64,000 nt of DNA from Prorocentrum cordatum (lineage: Eukaryota): positions 1 through 64,000 of the forward strand of contig CAUYUJ010000162.1 in NCBI GenBank assembly GCA_963575745.1, read 5' to 3'. The position numbers and the translations under genes are program-made. Within the stretch, counting starts at the first letter, position 1; each line of letters begins with the position of its first letter. The notes below the pieces were generated by a model that did not search any database, was not told the DNA's origin, and saw nothing but the letters and a program-made list of their open reading frames with translations. This document shows, one piece after another, positions 48,371 through 57,708 of this stretch.

Positions 48371-51164
48371 GCCCCCGGGGGTCCGAATACGTCCATATCC
48401 ACCGCCTGCCGAGGCTCCGAAAACTGACCCTCCAGGCGGTGGATATGGATAAATCCCCTCCTCGGACAAGAAGCCCCACCCCCCCCTCCAACTGCGATAA
48501 CCGCACCTCAATCTGACCCGCCGCCGTGCCATGAGGCACTGGGTGGAGGTTCCGCAGGTCCCGCAGAGCCCCCAGCCTTGGGTATCGAATGTTTCGAGGG
48601 GTGCAGTCGGACTTGACTGGAGAGGACACGCGAGAGGACACAAGACCCCTCCGAGGGCCACGTTGCCACAGGAATGCAGGAAGCATGTGCAGCAAAACAC
48701 AGGACACGAGGGCAACCTTGATGTGGCAGGGTCGACCTACTAATCCGGGCCGCCTGTATCAAGAAGCCCCAAATCTGGATGTTCTTGGGATCATCGCGTT
48801 CCTCTTGGGGCCGTTCGCGTGGCTCGTGGGGTCTGTCGCATGACTTCTCCTGAGTCCAGGGCGCCTGATCCCAAAAGGCCGCCAAGACGGTCCTAGAGGT
48901 CAGGAGACGGTCCAAGAGCTGCCGGGGACGGCTCAAGATGGCCTAAGACGATCTAGGCGGCCACCGACACGCCCCAACATGAAACCCTGACCTGCAGTGG
49001 GGGCATCAATGGGTCCCAATGTATGCAGGTCATGGCTCCCCACCCAGCAAAATGGGGCTGTTAGACTTTCGAAGAAGAACTCCCGTCTGCCCTCCTTGCA
49101 TACTTCGGCCGCCAGACCCCATATGATCCCTATGGTCCCTGAGTATCCCGCCTCGCGCCCTCCACGAATGACGACATCATACTGCGGTCGTCAGACCCAA
49201 CAGGTACCCGAGTTTCCCTAAGTGTCCCGGCCCGCGTCCTCGACGAATGACGACACCATGCCACGGTCCCCAGACCCCACAGGATCCCGAGACTCCTTGA
49301 ACGTCCCGCCTCGCGTCATCGACGAATGACGACACCCTGCAGGCCAGACAGCCCCGAGGGGGGAGGCGTCACGGCGTTACGAAGCATGAACACAGATGCA
49401 TGAATAGTCGGCATCAAGAGCACACAAGAAACACTGACGCACGTATCATAACAAACAGGCTACGGCAGAGCATAGCCTAGTGCTTCCACACATGCAAGAA
49501 TGGCCCGATCATAAGAAACTGCACAATACACTATACACATCATACTAGTACATACCATGGCATACCAAAACGTACCATACCATGTCATCACATACCATCA
49601 CATACATCATGGGATCTCAGATATGGCACATAATGGTTCGCACCGAAGTAACCCATACAATCGCACTGCGAGTCGTACACGAACTGCTCATATAGTACAA
49701 CCAGGGTAAGCAATTACCTGGGTTGTAGGGTAAAACGAAACCTCCGGGCTGTGCGTATACAATTGGCGATCGTAAGGTGCAGTCAGAGGACAAATAATTC
49801 TAAACGTTATCTCCGGTCGGGGCTTCTTCGGACCTTGAGGGACCCAACAGACTTTTCAAAATTATAGAAGAATGTCTGTTCATTTGTCCCAATTTCTTCA
49901 AAAATCCGCAATGTTCATCAGGGTCCATCCAGATTGCGGAGGAATCCGCGGGCGCCAGAGAACCCTTGAGGGTTCCCGAATGAGTCCTGCGGAACGGTGA
50001 TGGTTACTCCAAGAACATGAGAGACCTTCTTGGAAACCATCGTGGGTCTGCAGAGTTTTCTGGAATTTTGGAGATCTCTGGGGAATTCTGGGGAGCCCTT
50101 CAGGAGTCCTTCAGTGTCCAGGCGAACCCCGAGAAGATCCTGAGGAGTGTTGAAGAATGCGGAGGGGACCGAAAGTAGCCCGAAGGGAACCTAATGAAAT
50201 ATCAAAGAATCGGGGGAATCCTGAAGAATCCTGAAGGAAATATAGGGGATCCTGAGACTCAGAAAGGCCCAGCGGAATCACAAGTGGATCTGCGGAATCC
50301 TGAAGGAGTCTGAGGAGTCTTACGCGTTCCTTGGAGAACCTGGGCAGACGTGACGAATCCCGACGAGTCCTGAAGCATCCCGAGGAATCCTGACATGGGA
50401 CCTGCTGGATCCGGAAAAATCCTGAGGATTCCCAAGCGAGCGCTGCGACTGCGGAAACCTTGAGGATTCCTGAGGGGAGCCTTGGTTATACCGTTACCTG
50501 CGTGCGGTAGTTTCGATCAAGTGTGAATGACGGTCGTACTACGGAGTGTAGCAGTTCTATCAGGGACGGGGCAAGTCTAAACGTCATCTACGTGCGGTAA
50601 GGAAAACTGTGCTGTCTGTACTGTATGCGTATTGCATTTGTATGTGTATAGTGTTTGTTTTGTGTTGGGTTTGTAATGTATTTGTATTGTAGTCGTACGG
50701 CATGCGTAGTGCATTAGTATTGTACTTGTATTGTGTGGTACCCAGCCCCGAACCCGAACCCTTTACCCTCTGCAATGTACCTTGACACTGCACACAGGTA
50801 ACGTTCAACCCTGCAACCACGATGGCAGGGCATCGCCTATACCATAAAATAATGACGAATCATTGAGTGTACATCTCGTAGAAAGCGTCTGTTACCAGAG
50901 CTCCCCACATAAGGATGTCACAGTGGAGCCTCAGAAGGCAGCGTGGTGGGGCCTCTGTGGGCGCGCTCGGAGCCTCAATGGGCTGCGTCAGGGGCCTCAT
51001 TTGGCAGTGTGGCGGGCCCTCTGTGCACGCGCTCGGGGCCTTTGTGGGCTGCGTGTGGGACCTGAGTGGGTAACGTGGTGGTGCCTCTGTAGGTGCGCTC
51101 GGGGCTTCTGTAGGCTGTGCCAAGGGACCTGGATGAGCGGGACAAACACGACACCGTATAAAGA

Positions 51165-51430
51165 AATTGGTGTTCTGGTGCTCTCCTCGTTCTGGCGGGG
51201 CCTCCCTGGAGGAACGGGAGGGGCACGAAACCGTGTAAAGAGTATGGTGTTCCGATTCCCCTCTCGCTCTGGCGGGGCCTCCATGGAGGGGCAGGAGGGG
51301 CACGAAACCGTGGAAATAGTATTTACGATGCCCTCCTCGCTCTGGCGGGGCCTCCCTGGAAGGGCAGAAATGGCACGAAGCCGTGAAAATGGTATGGTGT
51401 TCTGGTATCCTCCTCGCTCTGGCGGGGGAC
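51165..51430. repeat. Four degenerate ~75-bp tandem units
   Basis: ctcg(c/t)tctggcgggg core with ggcacgaa(a/g)ccgtg. Confidence 0.8.
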
Positions 51431-52822
51431 GGAAGAGGAGGAAGGAGAGAGGAGAAGAAGGTCGCGACCGCATTGCTCTATCCAGAAAGAGTACCCAACG
51501 CAGGAGTGTTGGGAAAGACAGTGTTCTTAAAACAGAACGCCAATGTGTTCAAACAGGACGGTCTCAGCCAAATAAATTCTGACAGCATGTTGCGCAAACC
51601 ACCGACGGCTATCAGCACATTCTCTGGTGGGCCGATGGGCAGGTACGGCAAGCCAGGACGCCTCGTCCCACTGCTCAAACCTGCTCGGACACCACCCGGA
51701 GGCCCCGAGAGGCGGGTCGACCCCGAGATCCGAGGTCGATATTTGTTCCACACGGGGCCCCCGGAATGCTCGACCCCTCGACCCCCTCCCCAGGACCGGC
51801 TTCTCGTCCAGAGCCGTTGCTGTTGACGGCCCCAGGGCCCGGCAAGGGGCCCCGAGGGCCGAGAACTGCGAAACGAATCCATCGATCTTGATGTTGTTCC
51901 ATACTGAAGGGCCCCTGGGGCACACAAATAAATAAGCACAAATAACAGGATTCCCTACAGTTTCCCACATTTTCTGGGTGTTCGTCTTCCCCCCCACTTC
52001 CCATAGTTCCCATATTTTCTGGGGAATCGACGATTAATTGTGTCTGGGTGTTTTCCCCTCGCTGCCCCTGGCATCTCTAAGGAAGATGCCAGGGGCAGCG
52101 AGTGCAGCTGGGCGCTCGCAGCCGCGGAGCGCTGCCTGATGGCCATGCCGAAGGCGCCCTCCATGCCCACGACTTGCAGGGGCTGTGGCGGGGAGGCCCA
52201 GCCGACCCCTCTCTCTCTCTCTCCATTTCTCTCTCTCTCTCTCACGAGGTCTGGGGAGGGGATCAAGGAAGGGATCGACGAGGGGATCGAGGAGACGGGG
52301 GGGATCGAGGCGAAGGAGGAGAAGGGGGAGGAGGAGGAGGAGGAGGAGGAGGAGGAGGAGGAGGAGGAGGAGGAGGAGGAGGAGAAGGAAGAACCCCCGC
52401 CCCATTTAGCTCTCGCGAGGAACAACGCGCCCGGCGGCCCTGCAGGCCTGCAGGGTGCCCCGCCCGCCCTCCTCATCGGCCTCCTCTGGGCAACGAGGCG
52501 CGACGAAGCCAGGACGAGGACAACATCGGGCGAGGATGAATCGAGCACCTCTGAGATCTCGCGGCCCATGGAGGATGTCAGGATGCCTCGGGCGCCGCGG
52601 CCTGCTCGGAGCCTTCCTCTGAGAGCGTTCTAGGACGCTCTGGGATGGATGTATCCTCGTCCGAGCTCCGTCTGACCTCGACGTCCTCTGGGGGAACCGG
52701 AAAATACCGATACCGCTACTCCCCGGACCTCTCACGTGGTGCGTTCCGGCCAGGACTTCGGGCCGCCCAGGAGGCCCGACAAGAGAAAACGAGGCAAGTA
52801 GAAGACGACAAAACTGCATAAA

Positions 52823-52972
52823 CATAAACTGCTGGCGCTCCGCGCGGACTTCTTGGATCCGCGCTGGCCCCCCTCGGCGGCGACTCCGTCGGCGCCCCTG
52901 GCGCGCTCCGCGCGCCGAGGAGGCGGGTCCAGCGCAGACCCAAGAAATCCGCGTGGAGTGCCAAAAGTTTAT
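52823..52972. repeat. ~150-bp hairpin element with a diverged relative at ~35284-35412
   Basis: ataaactgctggcgctccgcgcggacttcttggatccgcgctgg pairs with ccagcgcagacccaagaaatccgcgtggagtgccaaaagtttat. Confidence 0.75.
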
Positions 52973-53626
52973 ACCGTTTTCTCGTCTTCGAACAAGGGCA
53001 GCGGTATAGGTGCCTTCTCCTCCTCGACCTCCTCGGCCCCTCCGCCTCCCCCCCTCTGCCTCGATGCCCAACTGCTGCTGGTACTGGCACTTCCACGGAG
53101 GCACTGCCCTCCCCCGCCGGCCCCCGGCGGACAGGCCAACGCCGCCGGGGAGGGGAGGGGCAAAGTTATGGAGTAGCGCTAGGTCGGGCATGTTCCCCCA
53201 CCCGCGGATTTTTGACAAAAAAATCAGCCGACACTGTGTCGGCGTGTGTGAGGGGCTTGTCCGTTCCCGTCGTTCGTTCGTCGTCGTCTCCGTCGTCTCC
53301 CAGCGTTTCCCCCCTGGCCCAGTCGTCTCCTGTCCCTGCGCTCCCCCTTTCCCTGGGCCCGTCTCCTCTCCTCCCCGTTTCCCCTCTTCCCTGGGCACGC
53401 CGCCGCTCACCCCTCGCTTTCCCAGGACCTCGTCCTCAAGAGCAACGCTGTCATTGAGTCGAAGGGAAGCTCCTTCCCTTTGATCCATCCCCTGGTCCCA
53501 GGGGGGGTCCGGGGGGGAGCCCCGGGGGGTCCTGCAGGGGGGGGTCCCGCGTCAAATACGACTCCCCACCTGGGGGTCCCGGGGCCCACACGAAGCGTCA
53601 GACGGGCCAAGATCTGAGGCACTCTA

Positions 53627-54192
53627 CTTTGTATATGACCTTTGTTTGTATAGGTAGCGTGGTATATGCCATGTCTTGTATACGACCTGTGTTGTATGTG
53701 GCATGCTTCGTATATCACCTGTGTTGTATGTGGCATGCTCCATATAAGACAAGTGTTGTATGTGGCGGTTGTTGTATATGTGTTTGTTGTATATGTTGCT
53801 TTGTATATGACATGTCTTGTATACGATCTGTAATGTATGTGGCATGCTTCGTATATGACCTGTGTTGTATGCGGCATGCCTGTTGGGGACCTCTTGGCAG
53901 CGCTCTTTGAGGCCTCTTGGGGCGTTTTTGATGCCATCGTGGGCCGTCTGGAGGCCATCTTGGAGGCATCTTGGGCCATCTTGGCGGCCTGGGTGGGCTT
54001 CCTGGGCCGTCATGGAAGAGTTAAAGAGCGTGAGGGAGGCGCCATGGCCGCCCAGGCACCCCACGGGAGTAGGGGTGAATCACAACTGCGTGTCCCAGAG
54101 GGTGGGGGGGTCCTTAGGAGACCACAGAAACCCTGCCAGACAGCCCTTGGCATTCTTCCACGCCCCAACGTGCTGCAGGCACGGAGGCGAAT
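53627..54192. repeat. Dispersed composite repeat, copy upstream of the DNMT
   Basis: ACCTGTGTTGTATGTGGCATG array, then TCTTGGGCC array, then a tail ending gcacggaggcgaat; related to 56275-57210. Confidence 0.85.
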
Positions 54193-54430
54193 CTTGGGAC
54201 CCTCTTGGCTCTCTTGAGTCATCTTGGATATCTTGGGTCATCTTGGGCCGCAGACGCGCGTTGGAAGCGAAGGGGCGATACGGCAAACAAAACACTTGTA
54301 AGTTGCCCTACTCCTTCTCGCCCTCACCCTCCGCCTTTTTGCTCTACCCCGTGCAACCTTTCAACGGTCGCTGACGTCGGTGAGTTTCGCCCAATCGGGT
54401 CGTCCTGATAGACTGGCTGGTGGCCTACTT

Positions 54431-54638
54431 GACTGATGTATTGGGGGGGCTCACCAGCCCCCTGATACATCAGTCGGTGACGTCGGTGACTGATGAAAGG
54501 GAGGGGCATATGGCGATTCCTAAAATCGCGCCCCTCTCTCTCAACGGTCACAGGGTTCCCGCCCCTCCGATAGAACGGTCGGGGACGTCGGTGACTGATG
54601 TATCAGGGGGGCTGGCCAGCCCCTCCGATACATCAGTC
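54431..54638. repeat. Two GACTGATGTA...TACATCAGTC hairpins upstream of the DNMT
   Basis: 54431-54475 and ~54593-54638, each enclosing gggggg-ct...ag-ccccc. Confidence 0.75.
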
Positions 54639-54695
54639 GGATGGGATTGCGCCCGCCTGTAACCCCGATTGCATCCTCCAGTTGGTGTCCTTATG

Positions 54696-54718
54696 TCCTT
54701 AGCCTGTTTTGGCTTAAG
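54696..54718 (+). promoter_or_regulatory. Relict spliced-leader-like motif upstream of the DNMT
   Basis: tccttagcctgttttggcttaag versus tccgtagcc-attttggctcaag; ends 18 bp before ATG 54737. Confidence 0.75.
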
Positions 54719-54736
54719 CTCGCATTGCGAGCTAGG

Positions 54737-55891
54737 ATGGTCCTCACCAAGCCGGTAAAGAAGTTCGCACCAGATAAATCATTTCGGGTCCCCCGTGTCA
54801 TCAAGATCGGAGCTGACTTTGCAGGATACGACACGGCTTTCATAGCGGCCAAACGTCTTGGGCTTAATTGCGTCTCATCATTCGTGTGCGAGAACAACCG
54901 TTCTTGCCAGAAGGTGCTCCGTCATTCAGGCCACTCCACAATCATCGAGGATGCCACGGACCGCGACCCGACTCAGATGCCAGCTGTCGACAGATTCACG
55001 TTCTCTCCGCCGTGCGTGGATTTCAGCAATGAGGGGCTCGGAGCTGGCGAAGATGGAACGACAGGCCACCTCTACAAATGCAGTCTCGACTATATTCGGA
55101 AAGCGAGGCCGAGGCTGGCAATATACGAAAACGTGGCCGCCCAGTACGAGCGGCAGAAATTCAAGACAACGGTGAAGCGCTTGGTGAAGACTTTGCAGAA
55201 CTACAGCTACAACGTCCATCGACGTGTACTAAACACCCGCAACCATGGTGTCCCTCAGTCACGACGCCGCTTCTACATCGTGGCCATTCTAAAGGCAGCA
55301 CAGCGCTGTGAGTTCAAGTGGCCAGAGACGACGCCCCTGAAATACACCATGAAGAATGTCGTGAAGCCGTTCGTGAGAGGGACTGACCACAAGTTCAAGC
55401 TTCCTGGGAGCACGCCCGAGACCGATCACTTCACGCGAAAGCAGCGCAATCGCTGCCGTTCGCTGGTCAAGGCCGCCGTGAAGACGGCCAAGGAGAAGCT
55501 GGCACAGTACAAAGAGAAGTTGAATATCAACAGCTCCGTCTTCTGCGACATCGATTGCACCCCCAAGTTCGCCAGGGTCTCCGGCAAGGACGTGCACACC
55601 CTCACAGCATCCCGTGGAATGGCAAGTGGGCCGTGGATCGCGCCCCGTGGGCGCCGCACAGATCTCGACGAGATGTGCTGGATTCAGGGCCTGGACCCGA
55701 AGGTTGACATCGACTTCGTCGGCGCCGGCGTCAGCGATCGGCAGGCTGGCAAGATGCTCGGCAACGCCATGAGTTTGAACATCGCCGAGCGATTGCTAAT
55801 CCCAGCGAGCACTGCGGCGGAGCTTGTCTCGTGGACGCCGTCGGACAGGTGGGCCGACGATCAGGTTATCGTCAAGCCTTCGTGGTCCTGA
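54737..55891 (+). CDS. C5 cytosine DNA methyltransferase, 384 aa, intact and intronless
   Basis: Motifs in canonical order: I GADFAGYD, II VCENN, III EDAT, IV FSPPCVDFSNEG (catalytic Cys), VI YENV, VII-VIII YNVHRRVLNTRNHGVPQSRRRFYIVA, IX RRTDLDEMCWIQG, X MLGNAM. Confidence 0.95.
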   Translation: MVLTKPVKKFAPDKSFRVPRVIKIGADFAGYDTAFIAAKRLGLNCVSSFVCENNRSCQKVLRHSGHSTIIEDATDRDPTQMPAVDRFTFSPPCVDFSNEGLGAGEDGTTGHLYKCSLDYIRKARPRLAIYENVAAQYERQKFKTTVKRLVKTLQNYSYNVHRRVLNTRNHGVPQSRRRFYIVAILKAAQRCEFKWPETTPLKYTMKNVVKPFVRGTDHKFKLPGSTPETDHFTRKQRNRCRSLVKAAVKTAKEKLAQYKEKLNINSSVFCDIDCTPKFARVSGKDVHTLTASRGMASGPWIAPRGRRTDLDEMCWIQGLDPKVDIDFVGAGVSDRQAGKMLGNAMSLNIAERLLIPASTAAELVSWTPSDRWADDQVIVKPSWS

Positions 55892-56274
55892 TCTCGGTGC
55901 CTTGAGGCGCCGGCCGATGCCTGGCTGCCTGCCGTCCAGGGTCGGACCTTGCATGTGGCAATTGCTGTACCTTCGAATGCACATTGAGCTTGCGTGATAC
56001 ATAATCACGCACGTTTTCTGAGTACGAGTTCAGGGCACCGTTGACGTCAACAGCGACACCAACATCGCTTGCTTTCTGACTCATCCCTCCTGCTCCCTCC
56101 TCCCCCTTCCTCATCGTTCTCCCGCCTCATCCTCCTCCCTCCTCCAACTCCCTGCGGGCCTTCTGGGAAGCAGCCCAAGAGGGCTACAAGAGCGGCCCAA
56201 GATGGCCCCAAGAGGGCCAACGCCACTAATCAAGCTCGTGCAATCTAGTGGTCTTCGGCCAATCCAGCCACCGC

Positions 56275-57210
56275 GCGGCATGCTTCGTATATAACCTGTG
56301 TTGTATGTGGCGGTTGTTGCATATGAACTGCTTTGTATATGTGTTGCTTGGTATTTGGCATGTCTTGTATACGACCTGTGTTGTACGTAGCACGCTTCGT
56401 ATATGACCTGTGTTGTATGTGGCATGTTTCGTATATAACCTGTGTTGTATGTGGCGGTTGTTGTATATGACGTGCTTTGTTTATGGGTTGCTGTGTATAT
56501 GGCATGTCTTGTATACGACCTGTGTTGTACGTGGCATGCTTCGTGTACGACCTGCGTTGTATGTGGCATGTGTCGTGAATGGCATGTGTTGTATGTGGCG
56601 TGTGTTGTATATGACCTTTGTTGTATGTGTTGCTTTGTATATGGCATGTCTTGTATACGACCTTTGTTGTATGTGGCATGCTTCGTATCTGACCTGTGTT
56701 GTATGTGGCATCCTTGGTATATGACCTGTGTCTTATGTGGCGTTTGTTGTGTATGACCAACTTTGTGTATGGGGTGTTTTGTATATGGTGTGTCTTGTAT
56801 ACGACCTGTAGTGGGTGTGTGTGTGTGTGGCATGCTTCGTATATGACCTGTGCGTTGTATGCGGCATGGCTGTTGGGGGCCTCTTGGCATGGCTCTTTGA
56901 GGCCTCTTGGGGCGTCTTGGAGGCCTCTTGGGCCGTCTGGAGGCCATCTTGGGCCGTCTTGGAGGCATCTTGGGCCATCTTGGCGGCCTGGGTGGGCTTC
57001 CTGGGCCGACATGGAAGCGATAGAGAGCGTGACGGAGGCGCCATGGCCGCCATGGCCGCTCAGGCCCCCCCCGGGAGTAGGGGTGATGCAAACACAACTG
57101 CGTGTCCTGGAAGGTGGGGGGGCCCTTAGACTTAGCAGACTACAGACACCCTGCCAAGCAGCCCTTGGCAGTCTTCCACGCCCCAGCGTGCTGCAAGCAC
57201 GGCGGCGAAT
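56275..57210. repeat. Dispersed composite repeat, copy downstream of the DNMT
   Basis: Same modules and orientation as 53627-54192, with a longer satellite part. Confidence 0.85.
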
Positions 57211-57626
57211 ACTTTGCGCTTCTTTGGGGTGCCGTCTTGAAGCCCTCTTGAAACCCACATAGGCCTCTCTTGAGCCCTCTTAAGCCCCCCGTTGAAGGTC
57301 TCTCCTGGCCCGTTTACTGAATCATGAGCCTCGAAGGCGCCCTTGAAAGACTCCTTTGCCACTTGAAGCCGTATTCGGGCGATCTAGGGCCTCTTAAGCC
57401 ATCTCGGGCTATCTTGAACGGTCTTCGGGGTCATCTTGACCTATCTAGGGCCCTCCTGGGGCCATCTTGAGCCACAACATGAAGCCGTGCCCGTCCGGGC
57501 CCAGGGGGAGGGGGCAGGGGGAGATAGAGGTACCTCCCCCCGAAGAGGAAGTAGGGGATTTAACATGATGAGCTCCTGAAGCCACCTCCGCTAAGCGGGC
57601 TGGTGGGATTCGCCTTCTGGAACATA

Positions 57627-57643
57627 TAGCCATTGTGGCTCAA
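57627..57643 (+). promoter_or_regulatory. Relict spliced-leader-like motif upstream of the large ORF
   Basis: tagccattgtggctcaa versus DinoSL tagccattttggctcaa (16/17), ~65 bp before ATG 57709. Confidence 0.8.
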
Positions 57644-57708
57644 ACTTGCAAGGTTTGGCGTGTACTCTCAGTCGTCTTGTTAAGTATTCACTTGCCTGTG
57701 CCTTGTAG

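Noticed and set aside
54641..54736. Longer N-terminus of the DNMT given by the ORF track
   Set aside because: It spans the SL relic; ATG 54737 fits the position of motif I better.
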